Positions 10,398 to 20,211 of a stretch of DNA of 64,000 bases are shown here, piece after piece. A program made the translations under genes and the position numbers. Source of the stretch: Candidatus Hermodarchaeota archaeon. Its GTDB lineage: Archaea > Asgardarchaeota > Lokiarchaeia > Sigyniarchaeales > SOKP01. A model generated the notes under the pieces. That model ran no database searches, was not told where the DNA came from, and was given only the letters and a program-made list of their open reading frames with translations. Location of the stretch: the NCBI GenBank assembly GCA_048885525.1, contig JBHLLP010000007.1, positions 50,956 to 114,955 of the forward strand, read 5' to 3'. Positions within the stretch are counted from its first letter, which is position 1, and the number at the start of each line of letters is the position of its first letter.

Positions 10398-11057
10398 TCA
10401 TTCATGTGGTAATGGTTTTCCACAATAAGGACAGAATTTAAATCCTAAATCTTTACCACAATGTGGGCAAAAAGAACCTTCTGAGCTCACTGGGGCTTTT
10501 TCTTCAACACCTTCTTTTGGTATTGAAGGTAATTGTCGTGATGTCTTTAAGGTTGATACTGATGAGTCTGTATTGGTAGTTGGTACTTGTTTAGCTCTTA
10601 CTCTCTCTTTAAAAGCTTGTCTTCTCTCTTCTTCACGTTCTTCTTGAGATTTCGTTCCTTCTGTCTTTACCCACCCTTGCGCTTGAGGTCTTTTTAATTC
10701 ACTTTGAGGAACTTTTGCTAACTCTACTTCTTTTGTTTCTGAAATAGGTGCTACTACTTTTCTTTCTTCCTTCTTCTTTAATGCTTGTTTAACAAGAGCC
10801 TGAGTTGTTTTCATTACTTGATGGGGATTAATATTAGGGATTGCCACGGTTCTAAGAACCCAGCCTACAATAATATTCTGGTTTGGGAAATCGCCATCGA
10901 CATCTTCATCCTTGAAAATATAGGAATCTATTACATCTCTTCCTTTTATTAAGCGCACTGCCCATTTTTCGTTTATTTCTCCTAATTGGATTCTATATGA
11001 GGTACCAGGTACTCCTAACTCGCTTGTAAGCGGAATAAAGCCTTTTTCAGTCAACAT
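10398..11057 (-). CDS. Hypothetical protein with C-terminal double zinc ribbon
   Basis: FCPHCG...FCPYCG at the C-terminus; charged linker. Confidence 0.8.
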   Translation of the reverse strand: MLTEKGFIPLTSELGVPGTSYRIQLGEINEKWAVRLIKGRDVIDSYIFKDEDVDGDFPNQNIIVGWVLRTVAIPNINPHQVMKTTQALVKQALKKKEERKVVAPISETKEVELAKVPQSELKRPQAQGWVKTEGTKSQEEREEERRQAFKERVRAKQVPTTNTDSSVSTLKTSRQLPSIPKEGVEEKAPVSSEGSFCPHCGKDLGFKFCPYCGKPLPHE

Positions 11058-11282
11058 TATTCACTTTTTGTATATAAGTAATATGATTTAAGTAATATAT
11101 TAATGATAAATTTCGAATTTAAAATATTATTTATTTATAGTAAAAATTTATGCGAATGTTATAAATTTTTTCTGAAGGATTAACTTGATAGGCTAAAAAT
11201 TGGTTGAATTCTAAAATTTTGATCATAAGATTAAAAACACATAAATACAAATTTTTCTATTACTTTGTAAAAAACCATTAAA

Positions 11283-12282
11283 GTGAAAAAAATGGGAAAA
11301 GTAATAATCCCAAAAAAAGTATATTTATGTTTAGTAGGAGCGTCAGTTAGGTTTGCTAACGTACGTATACCTAAAGATGATTGGTTAGAAGTGAGTGGTA
11401 TATTTACAGGAAGAAATCAAGGAGAAGATGTCATCATCACAGAATGTTACCCCATAATGCATCAAGAATTAGATAAAGATGCAGTTATCGATCAATATAA
11501 ATGGAGTGATGAAGACTATGAAGCTTTATACATTATCGACGAATTAGCCTTCTCAAGAGATCCCCCAGAGTTTGTAGTTGGATGGTGGCACAGTCATCCA
11601 GGCTTTCAGAGCATTGGAGTTCCCACGCTCTAGCTAAAAGGTAATGATGAGCCATATTGATATCCAAACTACTCTATCATACCAGCAAAATAATCCTTTA
11701 GCAATATCACTGGTTTTCAACCCTACAAGACTCATACGTCAGATCGAAGTAGCATATAAAAAAGGAGATCCCGATATACAATTAAAAAATGATCCTGGGT
11801 TTGAGATATTTAGGTTAGATGATATTAATCGAGGACTTGAAGCATCTTATCATCCGGTAGATTATAAAATTGAAGGATATGATAGTATGGAACAATTAGT
11901 CAATTTAACTCAGAAGTTTACAATAGATATTACTAATTTCTTTCCTAAAACTAATGTTCCTAAAATGTATGATAAATTTGTTAATGATAGAATTACTGAA
12001 TTAAATTCAAGATTTCAGGGAACTGAAGAATATCTGACCACTTTAACCATCCGTGGGGAAAAAGAGCGAATTCCAGATGTCTTAAAGAATCAAAGTGAAG
12101 AAATCAGTAAATTTGTAGCAGAAACTTCGATTAAGATAGATCGTATTAAGGAATTTATGGATTATTTAGAATATAAAGAAAGAGACACCATAGTACCTCA
12201 GATTGAGACAATTATACACAAATGGGATGATATGGTTGCGGGAGTAGATAAGAGAATAAAACAGCTAAAGAAGAAATTTTAA
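11283..12282 (+). CDS. MPN+/JAMM metalloprotease interrupted by a 31-nt BHB intron; join(11283..11606,11638..12282), 322 aa (alternative ATG at 11292)
   Basis: Joining GGC TTT to AAG GTA ATG ATG AGC CAT ATT GAT gives GWWHSHPGFKVMMSHID, the same HxH-x7-S-x2-D spacing as the two neighbouring paralogs. Confidence 0.88.
11607..11637 (+). other. 31-nt archaeal BHB-type mRNA intron
   Basis: Central helix GGCU(11601-04)/AGCU(11632-35); 3-nt bulges UU^C (11605-07) and AA^A (11636-38); intron stem AGAGC/GCUCU. Canonical cuts restore the frame and the active-site motif. Confidence 0.85.
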
Positions 12283-12402
12283 ATTTAATAATTTTCATCT
12301 TATTTTTCATTTTGATAAATTTTTATTTGATTACACTTTTTTTTGATTAAATATCAATTATTTAAAATAAAATCAGAGAATTTTTAGAATATAATCATTA
12401 TC

Positions 12403-14607
12403 ATGAAAAAAATTAATTTTCCTTTTACAGCGATTCTTGGCCAAGAAAAAATGAAGATGGGGCTAATTTTAAACGTTATTGACCCTCAAATAGGTGGTAT
12501 CTTATTAACTGGTCAACAAGGTACAGGAAAAAGCACAGCTGTAAGATCTCTCGTGGAATTGATGCCCCAAATTGAAGTAGTTAAAGATTGTGAGTTTTCT
12601 TGTGATCCTCATTCTGATATAGATGATTTATGTCAAAATTGTATAGAAAGAAAGGAAAAAAAGCAAATAAAAACAAAGTTCCGGGATATGTGGCTTGTAA
12701 ATTTGCCTTTAGGAGTCACAGAAGATATGGTTTGTGGAAGTTTATCTATAGATAAGGTATTAACCGAAGGAATAAGAGCTTTACATCCTGGGCTACTTGC
12801 TAAAGCAAACAGAGGTATTCTATATGTAGATGAGATTAATCTACTCCAAGATCATATTGTTGATGTACTTTTAGATTCTGCAGCTTCAGGTGTAAATATA
12901 ATAGAAAGAGAAGGAATATCTATATCACATCCTTCAAGATTCGTGTTAGTTGGTTCAATGAACCCAGAAGAAGGTGATTTAAGACCACAAATTGCTGATC
13001 GTCTTGGTTTAGAGGTAAGAATAAAAGCACCAAGAGATTCAGAATTAAGAGCTGAAATCACAAAAAGAGTAATAGAATTTGATGATCATCCAAAAGAATT
13101 TATTAAAAATTTTGAAGAAAAACAAGAAAAATTAAGAGAACAAATCCTTAATGCTCGTAATATACTAAAGGAAGTTCAAATCCCAAGTTCAGTATATGAA
13201 TTTGTATCTAGAATTGTAAATGAATTAGAGATCTTTTCTCAAAGGGCAGATATAACTTTTATTAGATGCGCCAGAGCTTATGCTGCTTTAAATGGTCGAA
13301 AGATTATTGTAGAGGATGATCTAAATATAGCAATGGACTTAGTATTCGAGCATAGAATTCAATCGCTCCATTATGAAATGACACCAGAAGAAATAAAATC
13401 TAAGATTGCTGAAGTCTACGGAAAAATAAAAGAAGCCTATGAAGACACAAAACTACTTCAACCAAATAGAGAGACAGAAGGCCCATTAAAACATGATAAT
13501 AGTTCTCAAAAAGAATTTAAACGCCAATCTGTCGATCCTGATAAAATAGAGATCCCAGAGTCACAAGAACAGAAATTACCTCCTCCAAAATATCCAGACA
13601 ATAAAAAAAGAAATCCTAAACCAGCAGGAGGTTGGAAAGTAAAGAATATTCCTTTTGATGATGATCTTAGATTTTTTGACGATAAACCTGCTTCATTACC
13701 ATTTATTTATAAGATGGAAAAGAAAATGACATCCATCTTAGATAACATCAGAAAAGACAGGAAGATTTCTGATTATGGTGGAAGAGGGATTGGAAGAAGA
13801 ATAAAAATATCTTCATCCCAAAAAGGGAGATATGTATCTTATCAATCGCCTATACGTGAACAGCCAAAAAGTATTGCTTTAGACGCCACAATTAGGAACT
13901 ATTTAAAAAATATTGTATATAATAAAACTGAAATTGATTTCCCAATACACTTTAATAAATATGATTTAATGGATAAAATCTATGAATATCGAGCACCATT
14001 AGCTCTTTTTTTTGTTTTGGATAGTTCAGCATCAATGTATTATGTAATAAAACAGATGACCGATGTAATATTATCATTACATCGAGAAGGATACAGGAAA
14101 AGAGATAAAATAGCTTTAATTGTTTTTCGTGGTAAAGATGCTGTCGTACTCCAGAAACCTACAGTAAACTTTAAGGCAGCTGTTAGTAAATTGAAAAAAA
14201 TTGAAGGCAAATCTTATACTCCAATGGCAGCAGCATTAAAAAAAGTATCTGAACTAATAAAAGTTGAAAAATTGAAGGATCGAAATATTATTCCTATCGT
14301 ATTTATATGCAGTGATTGTGGAGCAAATATTTCAGTGAAATACCCAGATCTAATAGCGCAAATTGAAACTGATTATACTTTAATTACAAATGAACTAAAG
14401 GAACTGACAAAAAAATTGTCAAAACAAAACATACATATGGTTGTCCTTCAACCAAAAAAATCTTATGCAACACACGCTTTGGGGGTGCATACATATTCGG
14501 CAGATCATATTAAAAAAAATTTTAAAAAATATGCTAATGCTCAAATTTATAAATTTAATAAATATAATCCCAACTCTTTAATACTAGAATTGAAAAAGAT
14601 TCTTTAA
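12403..14607 (+). CDS. Mg/Co-chelatase ChlI/ChlD-like AAA+ ATPase fused to vWA domain
   Basis: FPFTAILGQ, Walker A GQQGTGKST, PGLLAKANRGILYVDEINLL, MNPEEG; vWA MIDAS DSSAS. Confidence 0.9.
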   Translation: MKKINFPFTAILGQEKMKMGLILNVIDPQIGGILLTGQQGTGKSTAVRSLVELMPQIEVVKDCEFSCDPHSDIDDLCQNCIERKEKKQIKTKFRDMWLVNLPLGVTEDMVCGSLSIDKVLTEGIRALHPGLLAKANRGILYVDEINLLQDHIVDVLLDSAASGVNIIEREGISISHPSRFVLVGSMNPEEGDLRPQIADRLGLEVRIKAPRDSELRAEITKRVIEFDDHPKEFIKNFEEKQEKLREQILNARNILKEVQIPSSVYEFVSRIVNELEIFSQRADITFIRCARAYAALNGRKIIVEDDLNIAMDLVFEHRIQSLHYEMTPEEIKSKIAEVYGKIKEAYEDTKLLQPNRETEGPLKHDNSSQKEFKRQSVDPDKIEIPESQEQKLPPPKYPDNKKRNPKPAGGWKVKNIPFDDDLRFFDDKPASLPFIYKMEKKMTSILDNIRKDRKISDYGGRGIGRRIKISSSQKGRYVSYQSPIREQPKSIALDATIRNYLKNIVYNKTEIDFPIHFNKYDLMDKIYEYRAPLALFFVLDSSASMYYVIKQMTDVILSLHREGYRKRDKIALIVFRGKDAVVLQKPTVNFKAAVSKLKKIEGKSYTPMAAALKKVSELIKVEKLKDRNIIPIVFICSDCGANISVKYPDLIAQIETDYTLITNELKELTKKLSKQNIHMVVLQPKKSYATHALGVHTYSADHIKKNFKKYANAQIYKFNKYNPNSLILELKKIL

Positions 14608-14637
14608 TTCTACTTTTCATTTTCATTTTTTAATAAA

Positions 14638-15879
14638 ATGACTAACAAATCAAATTCCATACTTGTTGTTGGATTTAATACAAGACCTTTGGCCTATTCA
14701 CTGAAAAGAGCTGGTTATAATGTATATACTGTAGATTTCTTCGGAGATTTAGATCTCTATCCTTATATCGATGACTATATTATTGTAATGAAAACTTTGA
14801 AAAGTAATTATAACTCTCTGAAATATAAATATAATAAGTTTTTAGCTCAATTTGCAATAGAATTGCATCGTAAACATAGAGATGTAAATTTTTTCTTAAT
14901 AGGTAGCGGCTTAGATGATGCTTATGAAGAGAGAGGGCTCATCTCAGAAGAAATAAAGAGTTTTAATACAATTTTCGTTAATAATAATTTACAAGTAATT
15001 AAAAAATCAAGAGATATTATGGATATTCTTGAACTTCTTAAATCAAATGGTTATAAGTGTCCTAAATCGTATTCCTATGAAAAATTTCGAATGTTAAATT
15101 TAAGACTTGAATTTCCTTTTATTTTAAAGAAAATTAGAAGTGCGGGTGGAATAAATGTTTTTAAAATTGAAGATGAAAAGGATATAACTTTATTGATAAG
15201 TAATTTAGGAAAGAAAAAATTTATTCCGAGAGAATGGATAATTCAAGAATATATTCGCGGTATCCCAATTAGTTGTACAGTGATTTCAGATGGAAATGAG
15301 TGTGAAGTTATTACTATAAATCGTCAAATCATCGGAGAAAATTTTCTTAATGCTCCTAAAGATTTTATATATTGTGGTAATATTGTACCGGCAGGGGTAT
15401 CTATTAATGAAGAAAAAATTATATCTGAAATTTCGTTATTTTTGACAAAAAAATTAGGTCTGAAAGGAATTAATGGGTTTGATTTTGTATTAAAAGATCA
15501 TCATCCTTATTTTATGGAATGTAATCCAAGGATCCCTGGTTCAATTAGAGCTTCAGAATTAGTTTTGAATTTGAATCTATTAGATCTTCATGTAAAATGC
15601 TTTATACCTAATGAATGGAAAAATATTAAGAAATTGATTAAATCTGTGATCCCTAAAAAATTTGCTACAAAACTAATACTTTTTGCTCCAAAAGATGTTG
15701 AGAAAAGCATTTTACAAAAAATAAATAATCTTGAATTTGTTCATGATAAAAGTGAACCAATTAAAAATGTTTTAAGAGGTGAACCTTTATGCTCTGTTTT
15801 ATATGAAGCAGAAAGCATTCATGAATCTTTCAATGGAGCAAAAAGCATTATAAGTCAAATTAATAGAATTATTGGATAA
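14638..15879 (+). CDS. ATP-grasp fold protein (archaeal family)
   Basis: VDFFGDLD N-terminal motif, SAGGINV, IIQEYIRG, GINGFDF...ECNPR. Confidence 0.8.
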   Translation: MTNKSNSILVVGFNTRPLAYSLKRAGYNVYTVDFFGDLDLYPYIDDYIIVMKTLKSNYNSLKYKYNKFLAQFAIELHRKHRDVNFFLIGSGLDDAYEERGLISEEIKSFNTIFVNNNLQVIKKSRDIMDILELLKSNGYKCPKSYSYEKFRMLNLRLEFPFILKKIRSAGGINVFKIEDEKDITLLISNLGKKKFIPREWIIQEYIRGIPISCTVISDGNECEVITINRQIIGENFLNAPKDFIYCGNIVPAGVSINEEKIISEISLFLTKKLGLKGINGFDFVLKDHHPYFMECNPRIPGSIRASELVLNLNLLDLHVKCFIPNEWKNIKKLIKSVIPKKFATKLILFAPKDVEKSILQKINNLEFVHDKSEPIKNVLRGEPLCSVLYEAESIHESFNGAKSIISQINRIIG

Positions 15880-15900
15880 CCAATTTTTCCCTATATCATA

Positions 15901-16638
15901 TTACTGGATTATTGCTTTTATTTTAGCAATGTAAGTACCCAATTTTCTTCCATCTGATTCAGGAACCGCAATTGCTAAAACCCTATTTTCATCTAAATCA
16001 TGTATTATTACAGAACCATTTTCTCCACCAATAATCGAGTATTCCATATGACTTTCTAACAAGACTCCAGATAAATTATATAATGCTGCAACCATTGCTG
16101 AAAGAATTGGTTCAGGCATTGTAGACTGAATCTTAATAGGCAATCCATCTTTTGTAATAATTGCTAAAACTAGAGTATTTGGTATTGCTCTCTTAAGACC
16201 TTTAAAGATTTCTTCTTTAAGAATATCAGATGTTTCAATTATAGCAGATATTTGTAGGCTTAATTTTTGTAGTTTATCTATATAAGAATCTAATCCTTCG
16301 AGTTCTGCTAACTCTCGATTCAAATATGTAATCATGGTAATATTTTCTGTTAAAATTGAAAGAACAATTTTTTCCTTACCAAAAATAAGGTTATAGGAAA
16401 CTTCTTGATTAAGAGAATCACGCAACATCTTAGATGACAGAAAAACTAGGCTACTATTTGCTGCTGTAACTTCCCCTGTAGTCATTTTAATCTCTTTTTT
16501 GAAGATATTTGCAATTTTAGTACCCTCAGGAGTCCCCACATTAATACCTAATATTGCAGAAGAGGATTCTAGCTCTTTTTCTATTCGTTCACACACATCT
16601 GTTTTTAATTCTTCAAGTATTTTTTCTTGTTTTTCCAT
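15901..16638 (-). CDS. Tandem Roadblock/LC7 (MglB/LAMTOR-like) domain protein
   Basis: Two repeats: GINVGTPEGTKIA...VTAANSS and LAIITKDGLPI...LSAMVAAL...IIGGENGSVII. Confidence 0.8.
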   Translation of the reverse strand: MEKQEKILEELKTDVCERIEKELESSSAILGINVGTPEGTKIANIFKKEIKMTTGEVTAANSSLVFLSSKMLRDSLNQEVSYNLIFGKEKIVLSILTENITMITYLNRELAELEGLDSYIDKLQKLSLQISAIIETSDILKEEIFKGLKRAIPNTLVLAIITKDGLPIKIQSTMPEPILSAMVAALYNLSGVLLESHMEYSIIGGENGSVIIHDLDENRVLAIAVPESDGRKLGTYIAKIKAIIQ

Positions 16639-16843
16639 GGAAGAATATTGGATATCTGCAAATAAAAAGATATTCTAATAATTTAGTAATAATTTATATA
16701 AAAAACTTAAAGCAATATCATTGAAATGAGATGGTTTTAACGTTAAAGAACATTTTATTAGTAAACATGATATAAAACAGTATTAGTAATAATAAATTTT
16801 TAAATTATAGTCTTTATAGTAAAAATTATAAATAAAAAATATT

Positions 16844-17656
16844 GTGATTTTGTTAATGGATTATGAAATAAAAAAAAAATTAGAATCAAAAGATAACCTT
16901 ATCAAATTAAAAGATGAACAAGTCAAAACACTGGAGAATTCCCTACAATTAAAAGATGAACAAATTAAGACTCTTGAGAAGACATTAAAAACAAAGGATG
17001 AAGAAACTAAAACCTTAGAAAAAACTATAGCTCTAAAGGATGAAGAAATTCAAAAGTTAAATTCTTCCAAAATTGATTTAAATATCTTAAAAGAAAAAGA
17101 TGATTTAATCACTCAACTTCAGAAAGAGATTGAAATTTTAAATGATGAATTAGCTAAAGCAGATGAAGATTTAGAAAGTTTGGAATTACAGAATGAGAAA
17201 TTGAGAAATGTTCAAACTAGTTCTAAAGATGAAAAAATCTTGGATTTTACAAATAGACAGATACAGAAATTAAAGATTCTTGAAAAAATGAGAGAAATAT
17301 TAAATAGCGCTATCTCAAATGTAACTATAGTTGTTCCTAGCATTGAAGATTTGCAAGAGCTTTATTTATATGAATTAAGATCATCTGTTAGCATGAAGAT
17401 TGCATGTTCAATTAATCCAGCTATTACTGAGCATTCTGAATTGCTAGAAGAGTTCGAAAGTTTAGATAATATAAGTTTACGTAATTATGAACGAGCAGAC
17501 AGATATGTGCTTACTAAGGATGGAGAAGAACTTTTGTTTGCTGTGATTGGTAATTCTGAAAATAATAATTTAGTAATTCATACAAAAGATCCAAAACATT
17601 TCAAATTATTTAGTTCTTTAGCTACTGAGGGTTGGATTCAGAGCAGAAAAATCTGA
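16844..17656 (+). CDS. Coiled-coil protein with C-terminal TrmB/PLD-like effector domain
   Basis: N-terminal 14-aa repeats; C-terminal SNVTIVVP...NISLRNY...KDGEELLFA pattern. Confidence 0.7.
   Translation: MILLMDYEIKKKLESKDNLIKLKDEQVKTLENSLQLKDEQIKTLEKTLKTKDEETKTLEKTIALKDEEIQKLNSSKIDLNILKEKDDLITQLQKEIEILNDELAKADEDLESLELQNEKLRNVQTSSKDEKILDFTNRQIQKLKILEKMREILNSAISNVTIVVPSIEDLQELYLYELRSSVSMKIACSINPAITEHSELLEEFESLDNISLRNYERADRYVLTKDGEELLFAVIGNSENNNLVIHTKDPKHFKLFSSLATEGWIQSRKI
16907..17059 (+). repeat. Intragenic 42-nt (14-aa) tandem repeat, about 3.6 copies
   Basis: LKDEQVKTLENSLQ / LKDEQIKTLEKTLK / TKDEETKTLEKTIA / LKDEEIQKL. Confidence 0.8.
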
Positions 17657-17659
17657 AAT

Positions 17660-18373
17660 TTAGAATATTGGACATTTATTCTTTACACATTTATCATTTA
17701 TTTTTGAAAAACTACACTTTTTAAAATTATAGTCTAATTCCACTTTGAACTTTTCTTTTAAGAATTTTAAAGTTTCGATAATTGATAACCGTACTGATCT
17801 TTTACAACAATGTTCTAAATTATCAGCAATTTTATTTAATGATCTTGATGTTATTTGATTTGCTAATGTCCTTGGATAATCTGTAGAGGGTGTTGCCCCT
17901 GTAAAAATACTTATTGTGATACCAGAACCTATTCCAGCACCACATGAACCGTAAAAACCGCACCAACCTCCTGGAATTTTAGATGCCCTCCTTATCGATT
18001 CTTTAATATCAAATAGAGTTATCTCACTTCCATTAGGCTTTTTTATGTTATTATTTTTAAGAGCAGTCAAAATCACAGCTGGTGTCAATATATGATGTTC
18101 AGGGCCATATTTTTTAAAATTTGGATGCTTCATTATTAGATCTGCTAATTCAAAAGGATCTTTAATTTTAGTTTCTTCATATACTCTTTCAATTATATCA
18201 AGTGGTCCTTTTGAATGGCATCTATCACAAATATAGTGTCCATCTTCACAATAAATATTAGAATGAAATATATTTCCACAATATTCACAAATAAGATCTC
18301 GATAATCTTGGGGCTTTGTTGCATAAATCAGCGAATTGCCACAAATTTCACATTTATCGCTTTTTTTTGTCAC
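17660..18373 (-). CDS. Cys-rich protein, DUF5714-like, with N-terminal zinc fingers
   Basis: CEICG..CEYCG..CEDGHYICDRCH; GPEHH, PGGWCGFYGSCGAG, CCKRS. Confidence 0.8.
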   Translation of the reverse strand: MTKKSDKCEICGNSLIYATKPQDYRDLICEYCGNIFHSNIYCEDGHYICDRCHSKGPLDIIERVYEETKIKDPFELADLIMKHPNFKKYGPEHHILTPAVILTALKNNNIKKPNGSEITLFDIKESIRRASKIPGGWCGFYGSCGAGIGSGITISIFTGATPSTDYPRTLANQITSRSLNKIADNLEHCCKRSVRLSIIETLKFLKEKFKVELDYNFKKCSFSKINDKCVKNKCPIF

Positions 18374-18397
18374 TTTTTATCATTAAATTAAAGTTTA

Positions 18398-19273
18398 TTA
18401 TATTTCTACATAAGTTCTTTTTCTATTTTGAAAATGAGCTAATTGATTATAACCAACTTCCTTCAATAGTTTTAATATTTTATTAAACTTATATGCCAAG
18501 TCATTAGGGTGATGCGCATCTGATCCTAAGAGAATTGGGATATCTAATTCATACATTTTATCAATAATTTCAAAACTAGGATATTGTTCTTTTACTTCTT
18601 TCCTTAGACCACCAGTATTAATTTCAATTGTTAAATCTGCTTTCTTTGCTAACTCAAGCGTTTTAATCGCTGTATCCATAACTAATTCTTTGTTTTTAGC
18701 TCTTTTATTATACTTCTTTGGCAAATCGAAATGACATATTATATCAAAATTAAATTTATCTGAATTTATCATATGTTGTAGTTTATAATAATATTCTAAA
18801 TAGATATTATCGATACTATCATATTCTTTATACATGTTTAAGAATCTTTTATCATCTAGAGCAAATAATCTTGATTTTCCATGCAATATATGAACTGATC
18901 CTAACATATAATCTAATTTATCCACTCTACTAAAAAATTCTTTTTCCAAATTTATTTCATGGCTCTTAAAATAATCAATTTCAAAAGCAGTCCTAATTTG
19001 AATCTCGCTTTTATATTTTTCTTTTAATGCTTTAATAGATGAGAGGTATAAATCAACCTCATTTAATCTCATTGCATATTCTTGATAAGGGATTTCTTTT
19101 ATTGAACTAAAACTCTTCTCAAGATACTCATATGGGAAATGATCGCTAATTCCAATAAGGTCTAAATTTAACTTAATAGCTTTTTTAACGTAATCTTCAA
19201 TAGTGCCCTTTGCATGGCGACATAGTATATTGTGAGTATGCCAATCTTCTAAAAGGCTTTTTCTTTCTTTCAA
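18398..19273 (-). CDS. PHP-family histidinol-phosphatase (HisJ/HisK-like)
   Basis: DWHTH..CRHA, ISDHFP, GSVH, HFDLPK, EINTGG, GSDAHHP. Confidence 0.85.
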   Translation of the reverse strand: MKERKSLLEDWHTHNILCRHAKGTIEDYVKKAIKLNLDLIGISDHFPYEYLEKSFSSIKEIPYQEYAMRLNEVDLYLSSIKALKEKYKSEIQIRTAFEIDYFKSHEINLEKEFFSRVDKLDYMLGSVHILHGKSRLFALDDKRFLNMYKEYDSIDNIYLEYYYKLQHMINSDKFNFDIICHFDLPKKYNKRAKNKELVMDTAIKTLELAKKADLTIEINTGGLRKEVKEQYPSFEIIDKMYELDIPILLGSDAHHPNDLAYKFNKILKLLKEVGYNQLAHFQNRKRTYVEI

Positions 19274-19368
19274 ATATCTAAGTATCTAATATATTATATT
19301 CTGTTATCTACTATTAATACTAGAAGTTAGTTAAAATTTGTGATAAATTAATATAAGCTGATAAGTTC

Positions 19369-20178
19369 TTGGAATTTAAAAATAAGCAATTTGATGGGTC
19401 ATATGAAGTTGCTACGATTGACATTTATAATAATAATGAGTTATTTAAGGGAATACTATATTATCCTCCCGTTTCTTTTCCAAAACCTTATCCAGTAATA
19501 ATCTATTTTCATGGTTTTCCACAATTATTTACATTACAAGAACTTGTTAAGAGATATCAATATTTATTGGATTATGGCTATGCATTCATAACATTTAATT
19601 TTAGGGGATATAGATACAGTGAGGGTAAAGTTTCGATAAAATCTCAAGTTTCAGATGCTCTTAAAATTACTGAGTTTATTGAAACTATGGCTTCTGATAA
19701 TGTATTTAATCCTACTAATATTAATATAATTGCTCATGATTTTGGTGCCTATATCGCCTTAATTCTTAGTTCAAAAATAGGAATTGTCAATAAATTAATA
19801 TTAATTAGCCCAATTTTAGATTTAAAGAAGCATATCTATAGTAATGATTTCCCAAAAACATTGAGTTATATTAATAGGTTCCTTCCAGGAAATATTAATG
19901 GAATTCAAAATATAAATGATTTTATTGAGTATACAAAAGCAGAGTTAGACAATGATGAATATCAAATTGAGAGATTTATTAAAAATTTGAAGTATAAAAA
20001 ATTGAAGATTCTAATAGGAGAAAATGATAAACTAACTCCTATTTCCGAGGTAAAGAAGATGATTAATCAAATAGAAATAGGATCTGAACTTTTCATAATT
20101 GAAAATATGGATCATGATTGTGTGAATGAAAATAAATTGGAAATCTTAAACCAAGAAATATTAGATTTTTTCAAATAA
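19369..20178 (+). CDS. Alpha/beta-hydrolase fold protein
   Basis: YFHGFP oxyanion motif, FNFRGY.SEG, elbow AHDFG, GENDKLTP, MDH. Confidence 0.8.
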   Translation: MEFKNKQFDGSYEVATIDIYNNNELFKGILYYPPVSFPKPYPVIIYFHGFPQLFTLQELVKRYQYLLDYGYAFITFNFRGYRYSEGKVSIKSQVSDALKITEFIETMASDNVFNPTNINIIAHDFGAYIALILSSKIGIVNKLILISPILDLKKHIYSNDFPKTLSYINRFLPGNINGIQNINDFIEYTKAELDNDEYQIERFIKNLKYKKLKILIGENDKLTPISEVKKMINQIEIGSELFIIENMDHDCVNENKLEILNQEILDFFK

Positions 20179-20211
20179 ATTACTTTTTTCATCTTAATTA
20201 AATATTAATGG

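Noticed and set aside
11607-11643. Pseudogene, sequencing frameshift, programmed frameshift or UAG (pyrrolysine) readthrough as explanation of the split JAMM gene
   Set aside because: The downstream half is in another frame and about 10 extra codons would disrupt HxH-x7-S-x2-D. Only exact removal of 31 nt at the BHB bulges restores the motif.
11734-11795. Second, in-frame intron in the JAMM gene (extra residues relative to paralogs)
   Set aside because: The frame is open, I found no BHB fold, and it reads as a protein loop.
16907-17059. CRISPR-like repeat
   Set aside because: It is a degenerate 42-nt coding repeat with no spacers and no cas genes.
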